NCBI GenBank assembly: GCA_964577305.1
Contig: CAZNYS010000011.1
Span: 1,507 to 65,506, forward strand
Direction of reading: 5' to 3'
From: an uncultured Rikenellaceae bacterium
Lineage (GTDB): Bacteria > Bacteroidota > Bacteroidia > Bacteroidales > VadinHA17
DNA length: 64,000 bases
Shown here: positions 46,459-57,316 of the stretch, one piece after another
How positions within the stretch are numbered: position 1 is the stretch's first letter
Layout of the letters: every line of letters begins with the position of its first letter
Notes under the pieces: generated by a model
What the model was told of the DNA's origin: nothing
The model's database searches: none
The model's input: only the letters and a program-made list of their open reading frames with translations
Made by a program: the position numbers and the translations under genes

Positions 46459-49200
46459 ATGTTGCGATCTGCTTTTTTATTATTCGTGTTACTGTTTACT
46501 TCAGCTACAGGTGCGGTATCACAGAGGAATGTTACCCTGACGACAGGGAACATTCAGGCTGAGTTTACAGGCCGTGGACTATCATCACTGGTGTGTACTG
46601 ACGATCCATACCGGGTAAGCCCTGTCACAGGTGCATTTGGAAGACCAGTGATAAGGTACAGAATTGCCGAAGGTGACTGGCTGTCACATAATACAGGCAG
46701 CACCGAGATGACCAGCGGAGAAGATTTTGTGAATTACATACACTTCATTGAAGGTATGCCCATGAGCCTTGAGCAGGAATTCAGGGCAGAGAATGGGGGT
46801 ATTAACTGGAAAATGAAGCTGAAAACCGAAATGGAATTCCCGGTGAAGATAGGCGATTTTGCTGTCCCAATTCCCTGGAACAGGCCACGCGGTGGTAATC
46901 CTGAAGATATATTTGAAAAAGGATTTACCAAGCATCACTATATCGCAGGGGATGGTTCTTTTATCTATTTTACCAGACCATCGGGCAAACCGCCTTACTT
47001 TATCATAATGGCCATGCCTGGAACCAAACTGGAGTATTTTGATTCTGAAAACGACTACCAGGTGTTTATACATTCAGGACATGCAGGAAACCTACAGGAA
47101 GGTAACTGGCGTTATGAACATACTTATATTGACCTTGCACCTGCAGGAGAGGATGGATCTGAGGTTGAGTATAATTTCAGGATGGAATGGGCTGGCAGCT
47201 ATGATGAGCTTCGTGAAATACTGTACAGGAACGGATTGCTGGATATAAGGGTGGTGCCCGGAATGAGTGTCCCTGCAGACCTGGAAGCAAAAATAGCTAT
47301 ACGTTCAGAAGATGGTGTCAAACAAATAAGGGCTGAATACCCCGGAGAAACAGATATTGAATTTATTGAAAAAACTGCTGACGATCATTATATATACAGT
47401 ATAAAGTTCAACAGGCTGGGCGAGAACATGCTCTATGTCGATTATGGCGATAACCTTACCAATCACCTCGAGTTCTTCTCAACTGAGGACCTGGAAACAC
47501 TTTTCAAAAAGAGATCATCTTTCATAGTGAACAGCCAGCAGCATAAAATGCCGGGCAAATGGTATGACGGATTGTATTCTGTTTACGATATGAAAAACAG
47601 TGTACTGCGCGGACCAGAAAATACTGATGGCTTTGATTACTGGTGGGGGTATGTCCTGGCCTGTGATGATCCTGCCCTGTGCAAAGCCCCATATGTGGCA
47701 GCTAAAAACGTATATTATCCTGATGATAAAGAGATAGCATCAGTAGAATATTACCTTCAAAATTTTGTCTGGGGAGGCCTCCAGAGAACAGATGAAGAGA
47801 CCCCCTATCCCTATGGGATATATGGGACTCCCAACTGGAAGGTAAACCGTGATCCCCTGCTCAGGGCAGGAGTTAAGAACACAAACCTTGATAAGATGAA
47901 CGTATGGCGCTCATATGATTATCCTCATATCGTGATGCTCTACTATCATATGTACCAGATTGCTAAAATGTACCCGGATAAGGTTAAATATCTTGATGCT
48001 GACGGATACCTGGAACGGGCTTGGCAAACGGCAAGAGCTTATTTCATTTATCCTTACGAGATACTTCCATGGTACGATACTTATAAATGGGGTTGTTATA
48101 ATGAATTGGTAATTGAAGATCTTATTATTGCCCTTGAGGAAGCAGGAAGAAATGATGAAGCATCGTGGCTGCGTAACGAATACGAAAAAAAGGTTAAATA
48201 TTTCATTTATGACGATGATTATCCTTACAGGTCTGAATATGCTATAGACCGTACGGCTTTTGAATCATCCTACGCATTTGCTCGTTATGGTGCAACAACA
48301 GATATGAAACCCGACTCAAACCTATGGTATGATGTCAAACTTGAGAAATGGTGGTCGCATCCAGAAGTGAGTAAAGAGGATGCACTTGATTTCATGGAGC
48401 AGCAACATTACGCCGGGCTGGCAGTAAGAGGATGGCTTGAAACAAAATATTTCCTGCTGGGATCGGACTTCACAACCAGCTCCGACAGGCATTGTCTTTC
48501 ATATATGGCAAGAATGGGAGGATGGTCAATACTTGATTACGGTTTAAGGTTCTCAGATAATCCCTGGGATTGGCTTCAGCTTGGATATGCTTCTTATCTC
48601 AGTGCCTGGTCGCTTATGAACACGGGGACAGAGGAAAGCAATTATGGATACTGGGCCCCGGGGAAAGAAAATGACGGGGCTACGGGCTGGGCATTTATGT
48701 CGGCAAAAAAGGGCAGGGCATGGATAAGAAAAGATGTGGAAAGAGGAACATGGTTCTATGATGGAGAACAGGACCTCGGGCATGGCTCAGCGGTAAGAAT
48801 AGCATCAACAATTCTGGCTGAAGATCCTTTGTTCGGATGGTTAACTTACGGTGGATTGCTCAGTATTAATGGATCAGAATTACATATAATCCCCAGGGAT
48901 GGCCTCAGGTGCAGGTTCTGGGTGGTAACTGAAGATGAACGTGTTGGACTTGAACTCGAAAGGGACGGTTTTAAGAAAGATTCAGAGATTGTATATGATA
49001 GCGTTAAGGACAATATTAGTGCAATAATTGAGAATAGGACAGGTAACAGGCATATCTCTCGTATTTTCCTGAGCTCGCCTGGTAACCGGGAATTGAAAAT
49101 TGATGGTAAAAAAATCAGACTCAGAGAATCAGGAAATAAGGTGTATGCCGACCTTATAATATCGGGCGATACTCATTTGCTGACTCTTGAAAAAAAATAA
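46459..49200 (+). CDS. Large secreted protein of unknown function, leading a glycan-degradation cluster
   Basis: 913-aa ORF with a cleavable signal peptide (LLFTSATGAVSQ). Rich in W/Y/D, as carbohydrate-active enzymes are. I recognise no catalytic motif. Confidence 0.6.
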   Translation: MLRSAFLLFVLLFTSATGAVSQRNVTLTTGNIQAEFTGRGLSSLVCTDDPYRVSPVTGAFGRPVIRYRIAEGDWLSHNTGSTEMTSGEDFVNYIHFIEGMPMSLEQEFRAENGGINWKMKLKTEMEFPVKIGDFAVPIPWNRPRGGNPEDIFEKGFTKHHYIAGDGSFIYFTRPSGKPPYFIIMAMPGTKLEYFDSENDYQVFIHSGHAGNLQEGNWRYEHTYIDLAPAGEDGSEVEYNFRMEWAGSYDELREILYRNGLLDIRVVPGMSVPADLEAKIAIRSEDGVKQIRAEYPGETDIEFIEKTADDHYIYSIKFNRLGENMLYVDYGDNLTNHLEFFSTEDLETLFKKRSSFIVNSQQHKMPGKWYDGLYSVYDMKNSVLRGPENTDGFDYWWGYVLACDDPALCKAPYVAAKNVYYPDDKEIASVEYYLQNFVWGGLQRTDEETPYPYGIYGTPNWKVNRDPLLRAGVKNTNLDKMNVWRSYDYPHIVMLYYHMYQIAKMYPDKVKYLDADGYLERAWQTARAYFIYPYEILPWYDTYKWGCYNELVIEDLIIALEEAGRNDEASWLRNEYEKKVKYFIYDDDYPYRSEYAIDRTAFESSYAFARYGATTDMKPDSNLWYDVKLEKWWSHPEVSKEDALDFMEQQHYAGLAVRGWLETKYFLLGSDFTTSSDRHCLSYMARMGGWSILDYGLRFSDNPWDWLQLGYASYLSAWSLMNTGTEESNYGYWAPGKENDGATGWAFMSAKKGRAWIRKDVERGTWFYDGEQDLGHGSAVRIASTILAEDPLFGWLTYGGLLSINGSELHIIPRDGLRCRFWVVTEDERVGLELERDGFKKDSEIVYDSVKDNISAIIENRTGNRHISRIFLSSPGNRELKIDGKKIRLRESGNKVYADLIISGDTHLLTLEKK

Positions 49201-49243
49201 AACCTGGAAATCACAAAATAAAAATACAGAAATAAATGAAAAT

Positions 49244-51772
49244 ATGAAGACATATAAACACCAACCATTAACAGCCATAATATTTATGATCCTTGTTCTG
49301 TTAACAGGATCTTGTAAGGAAAAAGAAATTGCTGCAGGACCAGATTATACTTACTCAGATTGGCCTCATCCGGTGCCGGCAAGGATCTCAGATGAAAACA
49401 ACGATGAACTTTTCCTGATGGCACTCGGGGATGTTAAAACAAGTCTTGCCGACGGTACTTTTGACCCGGTGAAAGATGAGATTACCCTCAATGATGGAAC
49501 AATAATCCCGGACTGGTACAGGGATAGCCTTGGACTTAAATACTACAGCCCGATAAATAAGGAAATATTCCCTCTGCCGCCTTCAGGTTTATGCACATGG
49601 TATTATTATTACCAGCATATTAATGAAGACGAAGTTAAGCTTAATGCGAAATGGATAGGTGAAAACCTGTTGGATTATGGTGCTACATATGTCCAGGTTG
49701 ACGATGGATGGCAGAAAGAAAGGGCAGATGGAGGGCACGGCTCACGCGACTGGACCGGTATCGATATGGCATTTCCTTCGGGAATGGCAAAACTGGCTGA
49801 GTACATAAGAGAGCAGGGATTAATTCCCGGTATCTGGATAGCCCCGCATGGCCAGTCAAACGATTCCGTGGTAATGGCTAGTCCGGATGTTTTTATTTTC
49901 AGGCCAGACAGCACATCAGCATCAAGTACATGGGAGGGAAACTGGTTAATTGATCCGACCACTGAAGCTGCCAACAAATATCTTTTCGATCTGTTCGAAA
50001 TGATGGTTAAATGGGGCTATGATTATTATAAGATTGACGGACAGCCAATTGTTGTCAGGGAATATGAACGTGTAAATGAGTTTATGCGATCACCCTGGCA
50101 GGATAATGAAGAATTGTATCGTAAAACCCTGAATACTATCAGGGAGGCAATAGGGCCAGAAAGATACCTGCTGGGTTGCTGGGGGATTCCTACTGAAGGT
50201 ATTGGAATAATGAACGGTTCAAGAACAGGTGGTGACGTAGTCCTGGGATGGAGTGGCTTTGATGTGGCATTAATGCCTACCATGAGTTATTATTACCAGC
50301 ATAATATTGTGTGGTATACTGATCCGGATGTTATGATGTTACGTCAACCACTTACCCTGCAGCAAGCACAGGTATGGGCAACCTTGCAGGGACTGACCGG
50401 ACAGGCACTCATGACCAGTGACAGGCTTACAGATCTCTCAGATGAAAGAATAGAGCTTCTTAAAAAAGTATATCCTGCCGTTGATATCAGACCGGTAGAC
50501 CTTTTTCCTGCGAATAGGAGAAAAACCCTGTGGGACCTGAAAATTAATCACCTGAGCAGGCAATATGATGTGGTTGGCCTTTTTAATTTTGGAGAAAAAG
50601 AATTGCAGCAGCATGTACTGAAATTCTCTGATATCGGCATTGAACATGATGGCCCATGCCATGTATTCGATTTCTGGAATGATGAATATCTTGGAGCGTG
50701 GGAGAAAGGATTGGCATTTGAAATACCCCCCACAAGCTGCAGGGTAATTACAATTATGCCGGATAATGGAGAGATAAAGTTGATATCTACAAACAGGCAT
50801 ATTACGCAGGGCTGGATTGACCTGGAGGATATTGATTATGATAATGGAAATAAAACATACTCGGGCTTAAGCAATGTGATAAAAGACGATCCTTACCAGC
50901 TGCATTTTGCATATCCGAGAGGTGAATATTATAAAATCAGTAATGTTCAACTCAAAGGTGCGGCAGGATTAAAGAGCGAGATAACAAATCACCAGGGTTG
51001 GTCAACACTTACAATATACTCACCCCGGACGACTGAAATAAGATGGACTGTATCTTTTGATACAGCATATTCATATAAGTACATGACCAGGGAACCTGGC
51101 AGGTTGTCAGCAGAGGCAGTAGGCATTGATGCAGTTAAGCTGAGCTGGGGAGCACAATACTACCTTAATTCAGGATACCAGGTTTATCTTGATGATGAAC
51201 TCATTGGCTATTCTCCTGCCACTTATTTTACTTTAAATGGATTGGATCCTGAAAAGGAATACACAGCAGATGTGAGAACAGTATGGAAAGACGGTGAGGT
51301 TAATCAACGACCTGAAGGAGATGAACAGGAACATGGAATCAAGATAAGGCTTAAATCACTTATACCTGATGTGGTAGAACTCACAGATGTTAAGTCTTCA
51401 GAAGGTGAACCACGATTCACATGGACAGCAGAAATGAATGACAATAGCTTCACCAAGAGTATAGGTGCCTTCGCAGGTAGCAGAACAACATATGACATAA
51501 ATGGTATCTTTAATGAATTTACTGCCATAATAGGAGTTGATGATAAGTCAAGAGTTAGTGATAACAGTGAAGGCATGGTTTTCATTGTTGAAGGTGATGG
51601 GAAAGTTCTTTACAGAAGTAATAGTATGAAATTATCACATAAACCTTTAAATATCTCGGTGAATATATCAGGTGTTAGAAAACTTGTTCTCACATCTGAG
51701 AGCACAGGCGATAATTCACGCCGTAGATTTGGTTTGATGGGTAACTGGGCTGACCCGCTAATAAAAAAGTAG
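49244..51772 (+). CDS. Clan GH-D (GH27/GH36-like) alpha-galactosidase-like lipoprotein with a C-terminal NPCBM-type carbohydrate-binding domain
   Basis: Lipobox LLTGSC. TIM-barrel motifs VQVDDGWQ and YDYYKIDG. The C-terminal 150 aa or so resemble NPCBM/NEW2 (IIGVDD...FIVEGDGKVLYRS...LVLTSESTGDN). ATG at 49244 preferred. Confidence 0.65.
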   Translation: MKTYKHQPLTAIIFMILVLLTGSCKEKEIAAGPDYTYSDWPHPVPARISDENNDELFLMALGDVKTSLADGTFDPVKDEITLNDGTIIPDWYRDSLGLKYYSPINKEIFPLPPSGLCTWYYYYQHINEDEVKLNAKWIGENLLDYGATYVQVDDGWQKERADGGHGSRDWTGIDMAFPSGMAKLAEYIREQGLIPGIWIAPHGQSNDSVVMASPDVFIFRPDSTSASSTWEGNWLIDPTTEAANKYLFDLFEMMVKWGYDYYKIDGQPIVVREYERVNEFMRSPWQDNEELYRKTLNTIREAIGPERYLLGCWGIPTEGIGIMNGSRTGGDVVLGWSGFDVALMPTMSYYYQHNIVWYTDPDVMMLRQPLTLQQAQVWATLQGLTGQALMTSDRLTDLSDERIELLKKVYPAVDIRPVDLFPANRRKTLWDLKINHLSRQYDVVGLFNFGEKELQQHVLKFSDIGIEHDGPCHVFDFWNDEYLGAWEKGLAFEIPPTSCRVITIMPDNGEIKLISTNRHITQGWIDLEDIDYDNGNKTYSGLSNVIKDDPYQLHFAYPRGEYYKISNVQLKGAAGLKSEITNHQGWSTLTIYSPRTTEIRWTVSFDTAYSYKYMTREPGRLSAEAVGIDAVKLSWGAQYYLNSGYQVYLDDELIGYSPATYFTLNGLDPEKEYTADVRTVWKDGEVNQRPEGDEQEHGIKIRLKSLIPDVVELTDVKSSEGEPRFTWTAEMNDNSFTKSIGAFAGSRTTYDINGIFNEFTAIIGVDDKSRVSDNSEGMVFIVEGDGKVLYRSNSMKLSHKPLNISVNISGVRKLVLTSESTGDNSRRRFGLMGNWADPLIKK

Positions 51773-51781
51773 AAGAGAAGT

Positions 51782-53404
51782 ATGGGACTTTCAGGAAATA
51801 TTGTAATTAAGTCTATTATACTTGCATTTGCTTTAACTCTCTTATCATGCAGCAAATCTGAAGATAAACCGAACATCGTTCTTATTATGGCCGATGATAT
51901 GGGTTTCTCTGATATAGGATGTTATGGTGGAGAGATAGAAACACCTAATCTTGACCGGCTGGCATCAGAGGGTATACGTTTTATACAATTTTATAATAAT
52001 GCAAGATGCTGCCCTACCAGGGCAGCCCTGTTGACCGGCCTTTATCCACATCAAGCAGGTCTTGGCCATATGGTTGATGGAGTGGTACGGGATGGTGGTT
52101 ATTATGGTGAAATAAACAGGAATTGTGTTACAATAGCTGAAGTATTGGGCTCTTCGGGTTACTCAACATATATGTCGGGTAAATGGCATGTTTCACGCTC
52201 CGTGCGACCTGAGGATAAGCGTAACTGGCCTCTGCAGAGAGGATTTGATGACTTTTTCGGCACAATTACAGGTGCTGGCAGTTTTTATGACCCGGCAACT
52301 CTAACTCATATGAATGAACCAATAGAAGCAAACTCTGGTTTTTATTATACAGATGCTATATCTGATACAGCCTGTGCATTTATTGAATCGCACTGTCGTA
52401 AAAGAAAAGAAATACCATTTTTCCTGTATGTTGCCTATACCGCCCCTCACTGGCCGCTTCATGCTCCTGATGAAGTTATACAAAAATACCAGAAACTATA
52501 TGAGCAGGGCTGGGATTTACTCAGGCAGAAAAGGTTTGACAGACTTAAAGAACTGGGCATTATGGGCTATGACCTGGTCTTATCTGACAGGGATAGCAGG
52601 GTGCCCGAATGGAAGTCGGTTGAGGAAAAAGAATGGCAGGCCAGGAGAATGGCAACCTATGCTGCCCAGGTTGATATTATGGACCAGGGTATCGGACGAA
52701 TAGTGCAAACACTCCGTGAAGAAAAGCAACTGGATAACACGCTAATACTTTTCCTCTCTGATAATGGAGGATGTGCAGAAGGATGGAATTCCGAAACGGA
52801 GTGGGTGAGAAGATACGCACCGGAATTTAATTTTGATGGCGTCGAACTTCAATTTGGCAATAATCCTTCAATAATCCCCGGGCCCGACAGTACTTACGCA
52901 AGTTACGAGACCGAATGGTCCAACCTGAGCAATACACCATTCAGGTGGTATAAACACTATGGCCATGAAGGAGGTGTGGCTTCACCTTTTATCATGCACT
53001 GGCCAAATAGCCTGGATGATAAAAATAGCCTGAGAAACCAGGTAACTGGAATTATAGATATAATGGCAACCATAGTGGATGTAACAGGAGCTGAATATCC
53101 TGAATTGTACAATGGCAATGCAATAATACCAATGGAGGGCCTGAGCCTTATTGATGCAGCAATAAATAATTCCCCTCTGGACAGGGATGCATATTATTTC
53201 GAGCATGAGTGGAACAGGTACATAAGGAAAGGAAAATGGAAACTGGTGGCTTTATGGAATGGCGACTGGGAATTATACGATATGGAGAAAGACAGAACCG
53301 AGTTGAATGATCTTTCGGATGAATATCCGCAACTGGTGGAGGAACTTAGAGATGAATGGGAAAGATGGGCATGGCGAACCGGTGTTCTGCCAAATGACAG
53401 ATAA
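51782..53404 (+). CDS. Arylsulfatase-family (formylglycine-dependent) sulfatase lipoprotein
   Basis: Lipobox TLLSC. MADDMGFSD metal site. CxPxR motif in RCCPTRAALLTG. Confidence 0.9.
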   Translation: MGLSGNIVIKSIILAFALTLLSCSKSEDKPNIVLIMADDMGFSDIGCYGGEIETPNLDRLASEGIRFIQFYNNARCCPTRAALLTGLYPHQAGLGHMVDGVVRDGGYYGEINRNCVTIAEVLGSSGYSTYMSGKWHVSRSVRPEDKRNWPLQRGFDDFFGTITGAGSFYDPATLTHMNEPIEANSGFYYTDAISDTACAFIESHCRKRKEIPFFLYVAYTAPHWPLHAPDEVIQKYQKLYEQGWDLLRQKRFDRLKELGIMGYDLVLSDRDSRVPEWKSVEEKEWQARRMATYAAQVDIMDQGIGRIVQTLREEKQLDNTLILFLSDNGGCAEGWNSETEWVRRYAPEFNFDGVELQFGNNPSIIPGPDSTYASYETEWSNLSNTPFRWYKHYGHEGGVASPFIMHWPNSLDDKNSLRNQVTGIIDIMATIVDVTGAEYPELYNGNAIIPMEGLSLIDAAINNSPLDRDAYYFEHEWNRYIRKGKWKLVALWNGDWELYDMEKDRTELNDLSDEYPQLVEELRDEWERWAWRTGVLPNDR

Positions 53405-53430
53405 CTGTAGCTTATTAAAAACAAAATAAC

Positions 53431-55788
53431 ATGAAAAAACTGATTTTCTTAATTCTTGGAGCTTTATACATTGCTTCATGCGGTAGCGATGAAAACCAGC
53501 CCCTGACAGGATCACAATGGGGTGAACTGAGGAACGGATCAGCCGAAGATGTAGTATCTTCCGAGGTATTATTCTGGACCCCTGAAAGCCGAAGGGGAGG
53601 AGCAGTGCTTTTCTATGATTTTGATGCCAGAGAAGGAAATAAGAGCCTTACAATATACAGCGACAATCCTTCATATGGCAGGTGGTTCAACAAGGTTAAC
53701 CTGAAACCCTGGTCAAAATACAGGTTTACCGGGTGGGTAAAAACCGATAATCTTGTCCCAGGCGGAAAAAAGGGGGCAGGTATAAGGATAGATGGTATGC
53801 CTGTGGAAACAACAGGCTTTAACGGAACAAATGACTGGACGCAGGTGGAATATGTATTTGAAACAGGTGATAACGATGCGGCAATTGTATCCTGCGTTTT
53901 CGGCCTTGACGGAAGGGCAACAGGAAGAGCATGGTTTGATGATATGAAGTTTGAACTGATATCTGAAGAAAAATTAACTACTTCAATTTCCATTAACATT
54001 GAGGATACCGGGGCACCAATCTCAAAATATATATATGGTCAGTTTATCGAACACCTGGGCCGCTGCATATACGGGGGTATCTGGGCGGAGATGATCAATG
54101 ACAGGAAGTTCTACTATCAACCGGGTACTGAAGAATCAACATGGAGAATCCATGGGAACCGTGAACTTCTTAAAACAGATAATATAAATTCTTATGTTGG
54201 TGAAATTACACCAGTTCTCAGTATCATGCCGGATGATGATGTATCGCTTGTTCAGAGTGAACTGGGACTGAAAGAGGGAATGGGATATACCGGCAGGATA
54301 GTGTTGAAAGCTGACAGTGGTATTGAGAAAGTGACCGTTAACCTGTCCTCGGGAGATTATGTAGAGTCAGTTACAATAGATTCTTTAGAATCCGGTTATA
54401 AAGATTATCCTCTAAATTTTACATCGGATGTGTTTACTCATAATGCATCAATAGAAATTAGTGCTGAAGGAACGGGGAATCTGTATACAGGCACCATCAG
54501 TCTTATGCCAGCTGACAATATTGATGGTTTCAGGAAAGATGTTATAGCGCTTTTAAAAGAGCTTAACTCACCTGTTTACAGGTGGCCGGGAGGTAATTTT
54601 GTAAGCGGCTACGACTGGAATGATGGTATAGGACCACGTGACAAAAGGCCGCCCCGCAAAAACCCGGCATGGACAGGTGTTGAGCATAATGATGTCGGAA
54701 TGCATGAATTCATACAGTTCTGCCGCCTTCTCGGCACAGAACCTTATATAGCCGTGAATGCAGGACTTGGTAATGTGGAACAGGCCCGCCAGCAGGTTGA
54801 ATATTGCAATGGTGATCAAAGTACACCTATGGGCAGGCTGAGGGCTGAAAACGGTGATCCTGAACCATGGAAGGTTAAATGGTGGTCAATAGGTAATGAG
54901 ATGTATGGCAGCTGGCAGCTGGGACATATGTCAACCGAGGCATTTGTTGATAAGCATAATGGTTTTGCGAAAGCAATGAGATCGGTCGATCCTGACATTG
55001 AACTAGTGGCAGTGGGTGAAGTAGGAGAATGGGATGAAATGATCCTTGCCAACTGTGCAGATAATATGGACCTGATAAGTGAACATTTTTACCGCCAGGA
55101 CTGGCATGGTGGCGGATTAATGACACATGCACTTCAAATACCCAGGGCAATAAAAGGTAAAGCCGATGCCCACCGAAGGTACAGGGAAGAAATACCGGGA
55201 CTGGCTGATAAAGATATCAGGATATGCCTTGATGAGTATAATTACTGGTATGGTCCACATATTTATGGTGAACTGGGAACAAGATATTTTATGAGAGATG
55301 CACTGGGAATTGCAGCAGGTATGAACGAATTTTACCGGCAATCGGATATTATTTATATGGCCAATTATGCACAGACCGTTAATGTTATAGGATGTATAAA
55401 AACAAATACCACACATTCAGTAATGGCCTCAACAGGACAGGTGCTTAAGCTTTATCGTGCCAGGTACGGGACTATTCCTTTAAAGGTGGATGGTGAAGCT
55501 CGACCTCTTGATATTGCTGCCGCTCTCAATGATTCATCTGATACCCTGGTGATTTCAGCAGTAAATCCTACATGGAAAAAGGTGGTTATGAATTTTGATA
55601 TTGAAAATGCTGATATAGGTTATGTAGCTGAACACTGGTCGATTACAGCTCCTGATGATATGGCATATAACGAACCGGGCAAACCTGAAAAAGTGGTAAT
55701 TAACGGACCTGTGAGATTATCCGGTATAAAAACCATGGAAATAGATCCCGTGAGTATCAATATTTTCAGAATCCCGCTCAACAAGTAA
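53431..55788 (+). CDS. GH51 alpha-L-arabinofuranosidase with an N-terminal CBM4/9-like module
   Basis: Lipobox YIASC. GH51 motifs YRWPGGNFVSGYDW and WWSIGNEMYG (acid/base Glu). An N-terminal beta-sandwich of about 170 aa ends in RAWFDDMKFE. Confidence 0.8.
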   Translation: MKKLIFLILGALYIASCGSDENQPLTGSQWGELRNGSAEDVVSSEVLFWTPESRRGGAVLFYDFDAREGNKSLTIYSDNPSYGRWFNKVNLKPWSKYRFTGWVKTDNLVPGGKKGAGIRIDGMPVETTGFNGTNDWTQVEYVFETGDNDAAIVSCVFGLDGRATGRAWFDDMKFELISEEKLTTSISINIEDTGAPISKYIYGQFIEHLGRCIYGGIWAEMINDRKFYYQPGTEESTWRIHGNRELLKTDNINSYVGEITPVLSIMPDDDVSLVQSELGLKEGMGYTGRIVLKADSGIEKVTVNLSSGDYVESVTIDSLESGYKDYPLNFTSDVFTHNASIEISAEGTGNLYTGTISLMPADNIDGFRKDVIALLKELNSPVYRWPGGNFVSGYDWNDGIGPRDKRPPRKNPAWTGVEHNDVGMHEFIQFCRLLGTEPYIAVNAGLGNVEQARQQVEYCNGDQSTPMGRLRAENGDPEPWKVKWWSIGNEMYGSWQLGHMSTEAFVDKHNGFAKAMRSVDPDIELVAVGEVGEWDEMILANCADNMDLISEHFYRQDWHGGGLMTHALQIPRAIKGKADAHRRYREEIPGLADKDIRICLDEYNYWYGPHIYGELGTRYFMRDALGIAAGMNEFYRQSDIIYMANYAQTVNVIGCIKTNTTHSVMASTGQVLKLYRARYGTIPLKVDGEARPLDIAAALNDSSDTLVISAVNPTWKKVVMNFDIENADIGYVAEHWSITAPDDMAYNEPGKPEKVVINGPVRLSGIKTMEIDPVSINIFRIPLNK

Positions 55789-55797
55789 ATAATAGTC

Positions 55798-57249
55798 ATG
55801 AAGAAATACGGATTATTTCTTATGGCAGTTATATTATCCATGCTGTCATGCCAGGAGAAAAAAAGACAGCCTGACGTGCTTTTTATTGCCATTGATGATA
55901 TGAATGACTGGATTACCCCGCTGGGAGGCAGGGATGATATGCATACACCCAATCTTGATGCACTGGCTGCCAGGGGGATGATCTTTGAGAATGCACATTG
56001 TACGGCTCCTGCCTGCTGCCCTTCGCGCACAAGTGTGATGACAGGTGTTCGACCCAGTACATCAGGTGTATATGCAAACACTCAACTATGGAGAAAATCA
56101 CCGGTACTGGGCAAGGCCTTAACCATTCCTGAATTTTTCAGGAAACAGGGATATATAGTAAAAGGAGGTGGAAAAATATTCCATGCACTGTCGTGGATCC
56201 AGACAGCATACGGTATCGACCAGAATGATTCAACAATATGGGATGAATACTTTCCTTCCAAATCAAGGTCACTACCACCTTCAATATGGCCTGAGTCATA
56301 TGAAATTAATGATGTTGGGACAGTAACGTGGGATAATATTGCAGGGGCAGGTACAGAAAACAGGCCACCATATTACTTTGACTGGGGGCCCCTGGGTAAA
56401 GAAGAGAATATGGCTGATTATAAAGTTGTAGAATGGGCAGTTTCTGAACTGCAGAAAAAACATGATAAACCACTATTTCTTGCTGTTGGTATTTTCAGAC
56501 CTCATATACCATGGTTTGTACCCCGGGAGTACTTTGATATGTACCCGGTAGATGAAAGGGAATTGCCTAAAATACTTGAGAATGACCTTGATGATGTATC
56601 ATCTGCATCATACCCCTGGCTGAGAAGGCAGTGGCAGAAGTGGATACTTGAGAATGACCAGTGGAAATCTGCCGTTCAGGCTTACGAAGCCTGCATTTCA
56701 TTCTCTGATGCCATGCTTGGTAAACTTATCAGGGGACTTGATGAAAGCGGCAGAGCTGATAATACAATTATTGTACTTTGGTCAGACCATGGTATGCATA
56801 TAGGGGAGAAAGAGCAATGGGAGAAATTTACCCTTTGGGAAGAATCAACAAGAGTACCCTTGATATTTATTGCTCCCGGAATAACAGCACCAGGCTCCCG
56901 CACAGCTGAAGCCGTCAGCTTGCTTGATGTATACCCTACACTTGTAAGCCTGGCAGGAGGGGAGCAATTTGAACAACTTGAGGGAACCGACCTGGTGCCA
57001 CAACTCAGAGATCCCGGAGCCCAGAGAGATGAACCGGCAATAACAACTTACCATAAGGATAATCATTCAGTGAGGACGGAAAGATGGAGATATATCCGCT
57101 ATTATAATGGTGATGAAGAATTATATGATCATAAGAATGACCCTGATGAATTTCATAATATTGCCGATTCCGCCGAACTGAGACCATTAATAGAAGAACT
57201 GTCTAAATGGTTGCCCGAAATCAATGCAGAGGAATTTAGGAATAACTGA
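55798..57249 (+). CDS. Formylglycine-dependent sulfatase lipoprotein (iduronate-2-sulfatase-like)
   Basis: Lipobox MLSC. IAIDDMNDW metal site. CxPxR motif in PACCPSRTSVMTG. Confidence 0.9.
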   Translation: MKKYGLFLMAVILSMLSCQEKKRQPDVLFIAIDDMNDWITPLGGRDDMHTPNLDALAARGMIFENAHCTAPACCPSRTSVMTGVRPSTSGVYANTQLWRKSPVLGKALTIPEFFRKQGYIVKGGGKIFHALSWIQTAYGIDQNDSTIWDEYFPSKSRSLPPSIWPESYEINDVGTVTWDNIAGAGTENRPPYYFDWGPLGKEENMADYKVVEWAVSELQKKHDKPLFLAVGIFRPHIPWFVPREYFDMYPVDERELPKILENDLDDVSSASYPWLRRQWQKWILENDQWKSAVQAYEACISFSDAMLGKLIRGLDESGRADNTIIVLWSDHGMHIGEKEQWEKFTLWEESTRVPLIFIAPGITAPGSRTAEAVSLLDVYPTLVSLAGGEQFEQLEGTDLVPQLRDPGAQRDEPAITTYHKDNHSVRTERWRYIRYYNGDEELYDHKNDPDEFHNIADSAELRPLIEELSKWLPEINAEEFRNN

Positions 57250-57316
57250 ATTATCAGACATTAGCCACAAAATATTATCTATTTTTGCTTGAAATTATCT
57301 ATAATTTCAATTTAGA

